In this document: positions 49,701-64,000 of the stretch, piece after piece
Position numbering within the stretch: position 1 is the stretch's first letter
Layout: each line of letters starts with the position of its first letter
Assembly: GCA_964035545.1 (NCBI GenBank)
Contig: OZ037771.1
Location: 3,483,628 to 3,547,627 of the forward strand
Length of the DNA: 64,000 bases
DNA from: Bugula neritina
Lineage: Eukaryota > Animalia > Bryozoa
Reading direction: 5' to 3'
Position numbers and translations under genes: made by a program
The notes under the pieces: generated by a model
Told to the model about the DNA's origin: nothing
The model's input: only the letters and a program-made list of their open reading frames with translations
Databases searched by the model: none

Positions 49701-51350
49701 TGGCGTCTACTGCCAACACATTCCCTCCCTCCCTCACACATCAACTGACTAACATCTCATCCAACACACACAACACCAGCTCCATGGAACATTCCAGCAG
49801 CAACTACCACCACATGTACTCACACAGCACGGCAGCGAGCATGCTCCCTCAGATGACTATGTCACATCCTGTTATGAGTAATCTACAAGAAGTAAGCCTA
49901 CTTCAGCTACTATTCTTACAGGATGTAATAATTTGTGATGTGGTATATATAGTACCATTTTAGTACATTAGTACATAGTACAGAAAGTAACAAAGTAGTA
50001 ATATTATAAAAAAATAGTTTGTAATGCAATATATTTTATAGCATATAACAGATTAGAGTAATAATAAAATATATTCGAATCAATGCATTTATAGATATAA
50101 AACATTGTTTTTATACACAGTTGCTTGCAAAATTTGTAAATTTCATATTGAAACAAATTTAAGCAGATTAGTTCACGTTTCAATAATTGTTTTAATAATT
50201 TTATAAGAAGCAATTGCCATGCAGTTTCTGAAGAATATTTTGCTAAAACTGAACATGTGTTATTTTACAGCAAGTAGACTGTGATCCTAGAGAACTTGAA
50301 GGTTTTGCAGAAAGGTTTAAGCAAAGGCGAATTAAATTGGGTGTAACACAGGCCGATGTGGGTAAGTGAACTCCTAAATCTCTGACACTTGTATAACTAT
50401 CATAGAAAGTGGGTAAAATGTACTTTACATCTGATATAACAAAGATCACACTATAATAGTTATGCTGTACGGATATACAATAAAATAAAATGATCAGGAT
50501 TGTATATTTTTCTAACAAATTAAAAAAAAGTATGCTCTTCCACTTAGCACTATATTTTATTATTGGAGTAGTTTAAAATTTTTTGATTTTAGTTAACAAT
50601 GTAGCATTTTGTATGCTGCAACTGCATTGATACAATAATATGTTTAGTAATGCAGACGTAGTCTAAATCTCACACTATGCATCTTCGTTGTTCTTTCTAT
50701 ACATAATTTTTATGTATAGATGCAAGACAGTAATCAGAACGATAGAAAATGTAAACGATACAACTTGCTATTAATTGCTAGCACATTAACTGTGGAATCA
50801 AATCTGAGAATTAGGAAACTGAATATTGATGTTATAGTTTTTAATTGGTTCTTGTTTGATAAATCAGCGCCTATAGCTTGATGTTTACTGTAAATTTTGC
50901 TTCTTTTTTGTGTAATTAGTTACAACAAAATATGATTTCGTTTTAGGCAAAGCCTTAGGAAATTTGAAATTGCCAGGAGTTGGGTCGCTAAGCCAAAGCA
51001 CCATCTGCAGGTTCGAGTCTTTAACTTTATCTCACAACAACATGATAGCCTTGAAGCCGGTCCTGTCAGCATGGCTAGACGATGCCGAGCAAATAGCCAG
51101 AGAGCGGCAGAGCAGCATGATGCTCGACAGCATGTCACTGGACAAAAAGCGCAAACGTACGAGTATCGCAGCACCAGAGAAGCGCAGTTTAGAAGCGTAT
51201 TTCGCTATTCAACCTCGTCCTTCCGGTGAAAAAATAGCTCAGATTGCTGACAAACTAGACTTGAAGAAGAATGTTGTCAGAGTCTGGTTTTGTAATCAGA
51301 GGCAGAAGCAGAAACGAATGAAGTTCGCTGCAGCTGGACAACAACATTGA
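43740..51350 (+). CDS. POU4: POU class IV homeodomain transcription factor (Brn3/acj6/unc-86 ortholog), 349 aa
   Basis: join(43740-43868,48554-48740,49653-49891,50271-50361,50947-51350), 1050 nt, phases 0,1,0,1. POU-IV box DESMLARVEASLAAVADI; POU-specific DPRELEGFAERFKQRRIKLGVTQADVG..SQSTICRFESLTLSHNNMIALKPVL; homeodomain KKRKRTSIAAPEKRSLEAYFAIQPRPSGEKIAQIADKLDLKKNVVRVWFCNQRQKQKR. Confidence 0.97.
44797..44905. repeat. (ATATA)n pentamer microsatellite
   Basis: Direct reading; a longer degenerate TA-rich tract lies at 49327-49647. Confidence 0.85.
46027..46094. repeat. Perfect 68-bp palindrome in POU4 intron 1
   Basis: acattaaaaataacaaagacagcttttctactaa followed directly by its exact reverse complement. 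Confidence 0.97.
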
Positions 51351-54300
51351 TAAATTCTAACACTCAATGTAACTCTGGATAATAAAGTTTTAGTACTTTT
51401 AATTGTAATATAAAACAGAAACTTATGCGATCATTTTAATCTAATATGTATGTTCAAAGAAAATCTAATTTTCTTATTAGAATAACTTCAGCTGCAATAT
51501 AATATAATGCAATACAATTTATCATATTTTTGAATTCTAATGATGTTTAATTTATGTGCAATGTTAGCTTTCAGTTGTCCACTTTGAGTTTTCCCTGCGA
51601 TCTCCATCCAATTTTTACCAATTCATTGGTAAAATGTACATAGAAATTTCAATGTAAAAGTAGCAGTATTTTTATAAATTTTCAATTGGTTTTCTGTTTA
51701 TTATTTTATCTGGTTATACTTCGATGTAACTAATATATTTGAATTGACAGAGTTTTGCTGTGTGCCATCTAGTCAAATGTTATATATACCATTATACTAA
51801 ACTTGAGGTAATAAAATTTATACACAACACAATTTGGCATTATTCATAGTTGATAGAACTTAGCATGGTCATGCATTTACAACAAGTAAAGTATGTTCAA
51901 GTGACTGAAAAAAGTTTTCTATTAATTGCTGGTTATTTTTGTTTATGTAAATTATAGGCAGCAAAGAGTCAGCAAACATTGTCTTTTATACAAATTGGTT
52001 TTTATTAGTAATAGCTTGATACTCATATTGATATTTAACATACATTAACACTGTTTTTAATTTATTTCCTAACCTCAAAGAAAATCTAACGTTGGCGCAA
52101 AGACCTTTCACATCTTTACAGTTTATTTTCAAATTTAGGCCATTGTTTCTGTCACAACTGTTACAATTATCTCATGCATGTCCGTTCTTTTGATAACTGA
52201 TATCTTTTTCATATTTTTCAATAGAAGGCTTTGCACCTTTTGTGCTCTAAATATCTAAATGCCATAATTATCACAATATTTTGTTTAGGTTTGTGTTTAC
52301 ATTGTTATGCTTTGTTAGGTCTTATGTTTACAAAATTGCTACGAAATGTAAACATTAAAACTGGCCAATATTATGAAACTTCTTACAACTTTCAAAGGAA
52401 AATTGAAAACAATAAGCCTACAATTCCTTTATCAGTGATTGCTTGAAATATATAAATTATGGTGTTTATGAAAACCTATAGTTTGACTTTAGGAACACTC
52501 TTATAAAAAAGTTTTCTCTCTTTTAAAAAGGTACCACGCTGTCTTGACTTATTTAGTATACAGTTTGGCTCATTTTTTAAGATAAAAATGAAGGGCATTG
52601 CTTTTATTATGCAAAAACTTTTTTTAAACACATGTAAACCAATGCTTAGATTACAGTCAACTTTCAATACCTACACTGAATGAAAAAAATATTTTCAACA
52701 TTTGTAAGCTGTCAGTTTTTTAATCAATTGAACTTTGAGGACAAAAAATCTAATTTTATAATAAATCATCCTAGATGATAACATAATACTTCCTACTCGC
52801 TATGTTTTTCGTTGAAAGTTTTTAAAAGAAATAGTTAGCTGACCATTACATAATTTAGACAAGTGAGTTTAGTGCATGTATTTATAGCAGTATTAGCACT
52901 ATCTTAGGAAGAAATAAGATGCCAAGAGCTTTTATTTTTCCAATACATGCCAATGTTTGCATAGCGATTGTTTAATTAATGTATAGAGAGTGAAAGGTAT
53001 TGACTACTTTGCACAATGGCTCAGGTTGTTATGTGAACAAGTCTTCTAGTATTACTGCTTCGTAAGTCCTTCACACAATCAATAATTTCTTAATGCTGAA
53101 ATGACATCCGATGTCAAATAACTTGCCCAGCAATGGCTGCAATTACACGGTTGTTTATTAATTGTATCTATTATGTTTTTTCCTCTCCTTTTCCTTCCCG
53201 TTACAAGTAATTTATTAGTGTTATTATCTTATTAACTATAATATAATTGCACAATAGACTAATACAGAAAATAAGGCATTGTTGTTGTGTTGAATAATAG
53301 CTTGTATCTATTATTCATGGCCAGCTAGTAAACCCTTTATACTCGAGTTCATGCATATTTTATAAGAATTGGCAAATTTTCTTTCTCCATATATAAGCCA
53401 GAGTTGTGTCTAAAAAAATCATTGGTTTTGGAGCAACTGAAGAAAAAACATGAGGTTTGGATGAATTTGGAGAAAAATTAAGGGCGAACCAACGTGGCTC
53501 TACCGCTAAAACTAATGCAGCGACCTGCATACCACAATGTCAAGGTCTTTTAAAGAGAACCTGGAAGTATATCATCTAAGTTGAGGTAATTATTGTTTTC
53601 GAAATAAATTGTATTTTATCTGTTAACTTAAACAACAACTCTAAAAGGCACTTAAATCTTCAGGTCTGTCAGACATTCACGGGTTAGCCACTATATGTGA
53701 GTATTGGAAGCACTTTCTATTTACTTTTGAATGAATAGAAGCTAAATTTCTTAACACTAACGGATTAACATAATCATTTTCTTGTGTTGACATTGGCAGT
53801 AAAGAATTATTGATTGGAGGATATCTAGCTATTTACCAATAATTCCACAACAAGTAGCAGGATGATGTTACACAGCATCAACATAGTGACAGCACCCAAG
53901 TATGATACCTATTGGATGCAGCGGCAGCAGTCAGCTTTCTTGCAGAGTCAGCAAACTTAGTGACATCTTTTATTATTAATAGATGTCAACAAAATAATAT
54001 TGTAATGACTTAAGTCATCTGTATGAAGCTGCTTGTCTGGCAGCACTAGCCTGCTCGTTGATGAACTCATGATGCTGCCACATAGCATCTGCTCACACAC
54101 TTAGGATAATTTGACAGCTCCATTATATTATTTTGTAAAGTGAGAAACCTAAAATTTGATGAAAAATATGGTTATATTCTCTATGTCGTAGATGCACATG
54201 TGACTTTTATTCAATCAAAATTTTTATTTATAGAAAACTTTGTTTCTGTACTGTACTGGGTTCTCATTACATTGTATCATAGTCATACTATACTCCTTAA

Positions 54301-56468
54301 CACAATATATTTTATATAACCTTTATTTCCTACTCAATTTAGTTTATTTTATTATTTAGAATTAATAGAGATGTAATTGTGTTGTATGTATATATTTCGA
54401 GCTCTTCTGATGAAGCAATCTTTTTAGGCTGTGATTGTGTTTAATTTCTAATACTTAAAAATTATAAATACTTTGAAAACTTTATATAAGTATTTTTGTG
54501 AGAAAATACACAATTTCAAGCAAAATTACTATAATTGTTATAATTTGTTTTTTAAGAAAGTATTCTTCTAACAGATTAATTTCTCAATAATTTTTTCTGT
54601 ATAAAAGAATGTTGTAAAAATTACGGGAGCATTCCGTTGGTTGAAATTATATTCCTGTAGCATTTTATTTTATAGCGACACTTTAGGCGAAATATGCAAC
54701 GAATCTTAAAGGATTTTGTTGAGAAATTATAAAGCTTCTAAAATTAATTTTGATTATATTGTAAAATAATTATAATTTGAATACATTCATTACAATAAAA
54801 AGTGTTTATTGAAATAAAGGTGGGCCTGCCACCCTTTAGGCTACGAAATACTCAGATCATCTATATATGTTCTGGCAAAAAACAGGGTGGGATATGAACC
54901 ACATTGTTACACTAACTGGTTATTGCTATGAAATTAATTTATCATTTCCCAGGTTGGTCAACCTTCTTATTGCTAAAAATATTACAATGTCACACAGTGA
55001 AAACTATAATAACCATAATTAATAATCCCGTTTCTTCACCACAATGCCAAGATTTTCCTTAACTCTAGCCCTAAGAAGAAGCACTGTTGTGGGTCTGTGT
55101 TTATTGCTTTAGGAAGGAATCTTCACTATTATCTAAACGGTTTGTCCAGATAATAATATATAGATAAATGTAACTTGATTTATAAACAAGATTTTGTTAC
55201 AAAATATCTATTTGAATCAATGGAAATGTATAATGGGATAAATTTAGAAGCCAGAGCGCTGTACAGTTGAATTTCTGTAATACTATATGGAAATAGTATG
55301 CTATTTATGTTATTTTTCTGACTTTTGAATCTATATTACATGTATTTTACTGCATGACCATTATGATAATTTATGTGCAAGTATTAAGATTATCGAAATT
55401 GTCTCCTCTTCGAATTTCACTAGTCAACATGAGGGCATAACCCCTATTCTAATATATTACTGAAAATGTTTTATTTCTCTTTTATTATTAATTTCTTCAA
55501 CAACAAATTATTTAATAAAAAAGAAATTCAAAAATATTCAAGAGTAATGATTTTCTAAAATGATTGTAAATCGCTCAAGTTTCTGGTTGAAAATTAATAA
55601 TCAAATCTAATTTTTACAGTTATATCTCAAGCTGCCATAAAACACGTCACTATATATAAAAATATATAAGAAATATTCTTTTTATGTAAATCAATATTTT
55701 TAGCTATTTTGTGTGTGATATAATATGTAGCCCTTGAAGTAATAAATTGTTTCAAATTGCAGTCATTTTGTTGAGGTATTTAGAAGTTGTCTCCTTACAA
55801 AGAAACAATTCAGCCAATCGTAGGTCTTGAAACCTCCCAGCTATATGACTGATGTCATCTGATACATGTAGGAGTTATAATTATACGTAATATCTATACG
55901 TAAGTATACACTGTACGCGTGTTGCATGCACACGCACTGCTGTGTAATAGAGGCAGTGCACTATACACACAGGTAAGGGAAAGTATAAAAACATCATTCA
56001 ACCTTTTGACCTAATAATGTTCCAAAGTTCATTTTTCCTACTATTTCACTTGCAGTTTATCTGAAAAATATCTAATATTGCTGTTACTAGTTAATTAGTA
56101 ATAGAAAACTAATTGAGTTCTAGATTATATTTACTGTAGAGTTGGTGCAGTAGTGGCGAAATTGAAATAGTCCATATTCTAGATTGGAAATGTAACAAAA
56201 GAAGTTACGTTCCCCAGAGAATTTCAACCCGCGTCCCAAACAAAAAATTTTTAAGGCAATTAAAGCACTTATGCTATTGAAATTTCTCCACTACTGTACC
56301 AAGCTAGATGTGTTATTAGTCATGCAGATTATAGAAGAAGACCGATGTGTCGCTTATGGAGCTAGAACTAGCTGCTTTACTTTATATTCTTACAACTAAC
56401 CAACCAGCACCAACTATCCTGTATTCAAGTTTCCGAATTATTAATTAGCAACTAAATATATGCAGCAG

Positions 56469-56724
56469 CCAATTCTTATTATAGCTATTCCACCACACCA
56501 ACAAACCGTTGCCATAGCAACTAGTAAAGTGGAAACACACTGCAATCAGTGACTCTACAGCCAGTTATTCAGTTATAGCTGGACTGACGTAGCTAGTGAT
56601 TGAGTTGTTCCGTGTGAGATATTTACGGGGTGACTGTTGCTCGAGCTTGGTACAGGGTGGCTACTGGAACACCAAACTTCTGCAGAATCCACATTTACAA
56701 GTCTAAGGAAACAGATGATTTAAA
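56469..56724 (+). promoter_or_regulatory. Putative promoter with RFX X-box plus non-coding first exon
   Basis: CCAAT 56469; GTTGCCATAGCAAC 56508-56521; Inr-like TCAGTT 56569; GC-richer stretch ending in donor aaa|GTAAGA at 56724/56725. Confidence 0.5.
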
Positions 56725-58140
56725 GTAAGACTACTAGACTATTACTATTAAATTATTCTATTGATAATGTATAATTATTTAACAAAAAATATTTCAATAT
56801 CTAAACTTCAAATTAATGTAATTAATTAGAAGAATAATGCTGAGTAAGTTGGAGTAGAATATTTTTACTCAGCATGTGACTAAGTTTGAAATAAGTGTTT
56901 TTGGGAGATTATTCTGCTGTGATGACAGACAGTTGAGTTCTGTGCTTGGTTTGTGATGATGACTTGCTGTGGAGTTCTATGAAGGCAAACATCATCTAAT
57001 GATTTAGTGATGTCACTGTTTGCTAATTAGCCTGAACTCTCCCTCATTAGTATTATTAGTTGGTTTGGGCAGTTCAGAGCTGTACCTCAAGTCACACAAC
57101 TATTTAGTAACAGCATTTGCTAGACCATAAGGCTAAGAGTTCCTACTCAAAGTGTTCAACTTTACATTTTTTTGCTATAAAAACAGGTTTAGTCTTTTTG
57201 AATTTAAGAAATGAGGAATGACAAGTGGCAGCAGGATAATTTTCTGCTGACTGCAATCAACCTAAGCACCCTGATGCTGCTTTGACTTAAAGCTACAACA
57301 GGAAATAGTACTATATTATAACATAAAGAACTATTCTAAGTAAATCATACTCTCTTTGTGTGCATGAATTAGGCACGCAGAATAAGATAATATAATATAA
57401 TACCTGCTATTGAATCTGTATCCACTTTGCTAGGTAATTTCATTGTGATTATTAGCAGAGAGTGAATACATCGTGAATTAGTTCATAAGTTAATAAGTCT
57501 GCTCTGTTATACTCAGTAAAAACAAACAGACTTTGCTTATGTTATTGTAACTGAAGTAAGCATAGAGCAAGTAAAAGGGTGGATGCAGTAATAAGGTGAG
57601 TTTTGAAGTAGCATATAGTAAGAGTAGTGATAAAGTACATAACAATAAGGTAAGTGTAAGAAGTATACAGTAATTAAAAGGGTAGAAATAGCAATGCAGT
57701 AAGTTTGTAAGTAGTGTACAGTAAATCTAGTAGTAATGATATCAATTTAAGGTAAGTTCGAAAGAGGTTTACAGTAGGTAAAATGGTAGATGCAGCAATG
57801 CAGTAAGTATGTTAGTAGTAGGTTTAGGAGTAAGTATAGTAATATAGTAAGTAAAATGGCAGGTGTGGTAGAGCAATAAGCATAGTCAGTAAATAAGGAC
57901 ATGATAAGTACACTAGTGTTACAAATATTATAAGTTAATCTTTAGGTACAGTAGAAGTAAGTACATTATGTCAGTGGATTATGCAAGCAGTGTTTGGATA
58001 TCAAGTGTGTAAATACAGTAAACCTACACTACTGTGTTAGAGTGGTCATAGCATGGGATTCTAATCACCACAATCACTATAATAACTATTCTAGAGGCAA
58101 AAATTCCTGTTTAGAAAGAAGCAATGCTAATACTATAAGT

Positions 58141-58350
58141 TCATGTATATACACAACACACCCACATACTGTGGCGGTACACAAGTTCATGTATACACAC
58201 AACACAGTGACATACTGTGGCGGTACACTAGTACATGTATATACACAAAACACCAACATACTGTAGTGGTACACAGGTACATGTATATACACAACACACG
58301 ACATACTGTGGCGATACACAAGTACATGCATACACACCAAAATACTGTGG
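58141..58350. repeat. ~46-bp minisatellite (catgtatatacacaacac...catactgtggcggtacacaagt) x~4.5
   Basis: Units start at about 58141, 58187, 58233, 58279 and 58324. Confidence 0.9.
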
Positions 58351-59837
58351 TAGTGGCATAGATTAAGATCTAGCACTGTACTGGTTCTCCTGTGGGATTT
58401 TCACTACGCTTTACCAGTAATCTGTTGAGATTATCAGATAATCATCATTTGTTTCGGCTTCTTAAAACATGATTATCATTTTCTTTGAAAAACTATGTTT
58501 CTTTTGGGCTACAAATTCGGATTTAATGCATTAGTTATGTAAGATAGGATAGTCAAGTATTGGTCTTTGTGGCCCAAGGCTAACCAGTTCACTCAGTTAA
58601 CCTTCACACATGGCAGTGAGATGAAACTATTCACGTCTGCAATCAGTATCTATGCAACAACTTGCTATAACTGTTATATGCTACAGTCTTTGACAAACTG
58701 GTGCATGTGGTTGATAAATGATGAATGGGTTAGTCGTATTTCCATAATCAAGCAGAAATGGGTGTTCCCACCAACAGTCTAATAATGCAATTTACTTGCA
58801 AATGATAATTACTTTAAGTTAAAATATCAGCTAAGTTTTGCAACTAAGTTCGGAGGGGTTTAACTCCAGCCTAAGTTATTGTTTCATACCTCGGGCTATG
58901 ACACTTTCACTTTTGCAATGTTTGTGCAATATTAATGTATTATTTAGTGTGAAGTAGTCCAGTATCTTCCCACTCTTAGCTGTATCAGAGATAACGTGTT
59001 TGTATTAATCTAATCCCCTTTCTAATGCTATTGGGTTTTAAAACCTTTTCTCTCTAACTATTAGTTACGAAGGGCACATGTTGAAACTCTGCATTGAATC
59101 TGAAGGAATGTTCAGGGAAATATTGCCATGGTTTAGCATGTGACCACTTTAGCATTCTGATCATGCAAGGTTTAAGTTGTGATCAGTTAGAAACATGTAT
59201 ATTTGCTGCAATGCTCGGGTTATTCTAGCTTTTGTAAAGCCTTTCATTTATTTTCCAATTTTAGAATACTGTGTTTCACACAGTATGGTCTAATAAAGAC
59301 TATCATTGCAATATATTTCTGAATGCATAGAAACCAGCAATATAACTATAATATGTTGATTCTCTCTTTTGAACAACCTCTCTACTTAAATTGCAAATTA
59401 TTTTTTAATGCAGATGTTTTTATTTTTCAAACTATTATAATAGATTCGTATTGACTCTAAAGGCATACACTATACAGTATAATCTACTGACTATAATAAT
59501 ATATTATACGGAAGTTTGGAGATATAAATTATTTCCATGACTTTAGAGTGAATTTATGCCACCATTGTTCATATAATTATAGCACATAAGTGCACCAGGC
59601 TATCTAGACAGGCTTGTCTGGGTACACTTCCATTATCAGGTGTGCAGAGTTTCTTTGCTTTCATCTTTCTATGCACAATGAATAAACTATCTTGAAATGC
59701 ATCAACATGCAACATGGCAGTAGTTATGAATTAGCTTGAACAAGCTGGCCATTGTGTATACTGTATATTATTCAATAGGCTTGCTAGAGGTAGGGGCAGT
59801 ATTTGAGACCTTTCAAGATCAACTATTTCCTAGTTAA

Positions 59838-59972
59838 TCAGTCACTCAGTCAGTCACTCAGTCAGTCACTCAGTAATCAGTCAGTCAGTCAGTCAGTCAG
59901 TCAGTCAGTCAGTCAGTCAGTCAGTCAGTCAGTCAGTCAGTCAGTCAGTCAGTCAGTCAGTCAGTCAGTCAG
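59838..59972. repeat. (TCAG)n tetranucleotide microsatellite
   Basis: Direct reading; TCAC variants at the 5' end. Confidence 0.95.
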
Positions 59973-62900
59973 CTAAGGTAGAGTGCAATAAATGTTTCAT
60001 CTACAAACACTTTGTTTAAGGTTCTCCCAAAAGCATGATAGCCTTACAAACTTATCAAACTTCAGTTTTCAATCCTACATCATTAATGTTTTCAAGGGCT
60101 ATTAAATTGTTCCTATGTTTTTCTTTAGACCTCTATTTCCAGATTGATATGAGATTAAAACTATTACTACAACCATCTAACATCTTGATGACTGCTTCAA
60201 GTGTTGAGATTTATTTGCTTATCGGATTAAGTGTATGCATAGACATGTGAGTCTAGCTGGGTAGTTTATTACTCTATTGACTCTTTGTTATATAACAGAG
60301 TGTTGACCTTGCAAGTTATGCAAGCAGACAGCTACACATACAACAAGAAATAGCATTTTGCATTAAAGATTTAAACTCTAGAGTTCAGAGTGTAGACCAT
60401 GAGTTTTGTACAATTTCCTACTAACCTATCTCAAAGTGGCTCCCTCACCTTCCATATGCCAGAAATTGTTGTGTCTCAAATTTGGGTGTTAGAATTCTTG
60501 TTTAAGCATTGAGTGGGTGGAAACTTGCAAAGCCTTTTAGAAAAAGTGGTTACTGGAAGTGTAAATGCATACCTGCCTATTTCTGCTAGCTGTAGCTTAC
60601 ATGCTGAATCAAAATCATAGCTAGAGCAATCAGAAAATTAATTTTTTAGTAATATTGATTATAGTATTATGCAGAGCTTAGAATGAATAGTAGAAATAAT
60701 AGATGGTTGTCACATAAATCATTAGAAGCTGTGTGAATGAGTAAATAAGTACAAGATCCACTGGTCAACGGCCTTTTCCACCCAGCCACATCTTCAACTC
60801 ATGAATTGCTGAGAGTGTCAAACCAGGTGGTTCACTTTACGGTTATCCTCATTCTTCGTAATTACTACTACAAGTTAGTTTTCAGTCTTCTGAAATACAT
60901 TCCAGTTAGAAACATTATAATCAATTTCTTGAGGGGAAACAGTGTAGTAGCACAGGTGCAGCCTAAGGAGTTAGGTGAATGATCGCACTGAAGGAACTCG
61001 CTGTTAATTTTTGGGTCATCTAATATTTGGTTTTGAATTTAAAATTGGAGAATCGGCAACAGTAGTTGAAGGTCAGATAACTTCGTTCTGCTGCAAGTAT
61101 TACAGGAAGACTGACTATTAGTTCATAGGACAAAAGTTGTTGTTGGCACTCACTCCCCTTCTCACCCTTTGCACTCTGTCCTCTACCCTATACAGAGGTA
61201 GAACATTGAATAATGTTTACTTTGCCACATCAAACAATACTTCTAAATTTTTATAACAACAAAGAAATGGAAGGTTTCAGCTAATTTTAACTTTGAGTTT
61301 ACACCTCACATGTTTCATAATAACTAATCAGTTATACCTGAATTTATTACTAGGCATATTTGGGTTTGACAAATTAGCTTTTTATTAAGGTAAACCCAGC
61401 TAATCTTTTATAAAATGAATAAAAGAAACTAAATAGGTTGTGGCCTTTGGTAAAAATACCTTGCTACATGCGAGTTAATAGCATGATGTAAAATTGTGTC
61501 AGATGATTTAACCCAGTGATTGGTCAAGATTTTCGAAAAACAATGTGATTATACGTGTTTTGAGTAAGGTCAATGTAACAAGTCGGTGAACAGCAGAAAT
61601 GGGTTCACATTTTCTCCCTGGCACCTGGCCGTGTAAACACTTGTGTCTTCAGTTGCCACCAGTTTCACTAGAGCAGATTTGCTGAGTAAAAGGTTGTTTA
61701 ACACAGCTAAGACTTTCTATAAAACCTGTTACTTTGTGTTTCCTCCGTCTGTTTCCACTAGCCGATCAGAATAATGCTAGTAACTTTTAGAATAACTGTG
61801 ACTCACATGTAGGACTTGTGAGATGGTCACGGGTGTTTAAAGGTGGTAAACAGGAAAATGATAAGCTTTGTCATTAATTATTGGCGTGAGACAAATAATG
61901 TTTAGTAATATGTTATTACTGTTTTGTCATAGATGTTTTATAATTATACTTTGGATGAAGTGATGAAGAGCTTTTGCTTGGCTTCTCTAATACGTTACCT
62001 CAATCAAATGAGTTCATCACGAAATATGCACTGAAGTTTCAATATTAATATTTTATACTAATGGTTGCTGGAAGACGATTCACTCATCTAACATGGATGA
62101 TATGCTATTGAATTGCATTTTTGTATGGTTGGCAAGACTCCAAATGCTAATATTACTTTTTAGTTTTCTCAAAAGTGGCTGATGCTTTTAGATATAATTA
62201 CAAAACTAATAAATAGTTTGGTGATATATAGTATCAATATGTGTAGTTTTAGAGTTTGTTGGTTTTTCATTTTTCATAAAGTATTTGCATTTTAATACAG
62301 AAAGCTAGTTAATATTCACATCACATAACTGATACATTTAGCTATTACTGGTTTCCTTACTTATATTACACTCACACAAGATCGTGAGAGATGATTACAA
62401 AAGCTTGAAGCGAATGATGCAACTCGGCATTGAATAGCTTCTCAAATTGAGTTGTTTTCAGTATAGTGGAGAGGTGCTGTTATATTGCACTTGTATCTAA
62501 TCATGCCCTGCCCTTGTCCTGTTACAACTGGGCGTACTTGCTTGGGTTTCCTTACCTCACCTCAAAGGTGTCATAATACCCCAACCAGTAACTATATGAA
62601 TTGATTTTTGTCCTCTACACTCTACAGCATGGATTTGGAAAAATATTCTGTATTCTTTTCATTTGCACAGTTTGAGATTGATGAAAAGTTGAAGGCTAGT
62701 TCTAGATGACATTGTAGATGCATGGGAGATTTAATCTTGTTTTTGCTTCAGAATACTCATGTCTTTAAACAAAGCATTGCTCTTTTGACAGCTGTGAATT
62801 GTGATTTTCATGTATGCCAAGAAGGTTCTCTATTTTACTGAAAGTAATTGGAGACTAAAGTATAGATTTCAGAATAGACTGCTTGAATATATTAATATTG

Positions 62901-63497
62901 CCACTCTGGACCATTAGCTAATCCGTCTAATGAATATTTCAACTAGTTACTAGTTCTCTTTCATCCCATTTCGGAGACAAAAAAGTCTCAACATAAATTG
63001 AATTAATACGACAACCTGTCAACCAACCAACTTCCTTTATTAATGATTTAATTTTTAAAGCAGGTCTTCTACTTAAGAATATATTATTTGGTGTAAGAAA
63101 TGATATTATCTATTGTGTGAGTTGGAAGTGGCTTAAAGTTTAAACTTTCAAGCTGGCTCAGTGTTTAAGCTGTGTGTTGCAATGAAAATTAGTAATAGTA
63201 GTATAATACCATGGACTCCATATCAAAAATCCTAAATCAATTCAAGATAAATTTGCACAAAATTTAATATAAAAAAAATCGTTTGAGCATACAGTCCTCT
63301 AACAGTCTGTAAATGATAGCTAAGGTATATATGAATGTTTTAATACTGCATAAATGAGATATGTCAGGGATTCTTTAAAGGACAAGGTTGTTGTATGTTC
63401 TCTATTTGATATGTCTTAAAGATCTGGTTGTTGTAGGGAGCCAGTGTGGTGACTCATGGAGCTGACTCACTAGATCGGCTACTGCTCTTTACACATC

Positions 63498-63585
63498 ATG
63501 GCCGCTCAGGCAGCCCCGCCCCCTAAAGATGTTACTATCAATGAAGTTGCCTCAGTTCTAAAATCTGGCTTCTTTTTTGTTACTG
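63498..63585 (+). CDS. First coding exon of a probable SEC14/CRAL-TRIO-domain RhoGEF-family protein (DBS/MCF2L/Trio/SESTD1 group); continues beyond window
   Basis: Acceptor ttgtag|63437; in-frame TAG at 63471 then atcATGG; MAAQAAPPPKDVTINEVASVLKSGFFFVT(G)|gtaggt, phase 1. Resembles the family N-terminal motif 'DV/I..L...AYLSG|G' from memory; only 29 codons are visible. Confidence 0.6.
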
Positions 63586-64000
63586 GTAGGTAATAATAAG
63601 ATCTACTTTTCTAATCAATTAGTGCCATTAGAACTCAGGTGTAGCATTAAAACACTAGACCTTTACTTGTCTATAATTTTTACTATTCAAGTTGATTGTG
63701 GCGCTACAGTAGTGAAGGATTTTTAGTTGCAACATGATTTTAATTTTCTGATAACTAGTAAATTGTAGTTGAATTGAACAGGCCTTACTCTTGATTAGAA
63801 GTTAATTTAAAATCATGAATATGAAATCACCTTAATCACTAAATATAAAAGAGGTTTCTATGTGATATATTCATAGAATTAATAACAAATCATTAAAACT
63901 ATTAAGCCGTCATTTTAATAGTTATTTGATTGAAAGACAACTATAATTATGATAGTGATATATAGCATGGTTATAGCATTATTAGTCACCTGGGTAAAAC

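Noticed and set aside
53340-54130. GC-richer stretch with short open frames on both strands
   Set aside because: All frames are interrupted and no recognisable domain; possibly a decayed transposon, but not supportable.

Overview
AT-rich, intron-rich animal (invertebrate bilaterian-type) genomic DNA; the species cannot be determined from the window. Six spliced protein-coding genes were reconstructed by hand from GT-AG junctions with consistent phases, all on the + strand: (1) the 3' end of a CUB-domain gene; (2) its complete tandem paralog (signal peptide, 2 CUB domains, Ser/Thr linkers, GPI-type tail); (3) ZNF330/NOA36; (4) an ANKRD63-like ankyrin-repeat gene; (5) PINCH/LIMS; (6) POU4/Brn3. 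A seventh gene, a probable SEC14/CRAL-TRIO RhoGEF (DBS/MCF2L/Trio group), is seen only as its first coding exon at the right edge. Repeats include a 3.15-kb degenerate TIR DNA element with ATAT flanks, a MITE, two copies of a tRNA-derived SINE, a possible solo LTR, many mini/microsatellites and a perfect 1.74-kb (AC)n tract. The most notable observation is in PINCH: the first zinc finger of LIM1 is encoded by two duplicated, divergent, phase-matched exons (probably mutually exclusive). These sit with a third phase-matched cassette candidate, several phase-matched first exons, candidate long-range RNA pairings, and a 13-bp array of GTAAGT donor-like motifs. Similar GTAAGT arrays occur in introns of two other genes. 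Most ORFs in the supplied track are repeat artefacts or exon fragments. Homology calls are from recalled family motifs, not from searches.
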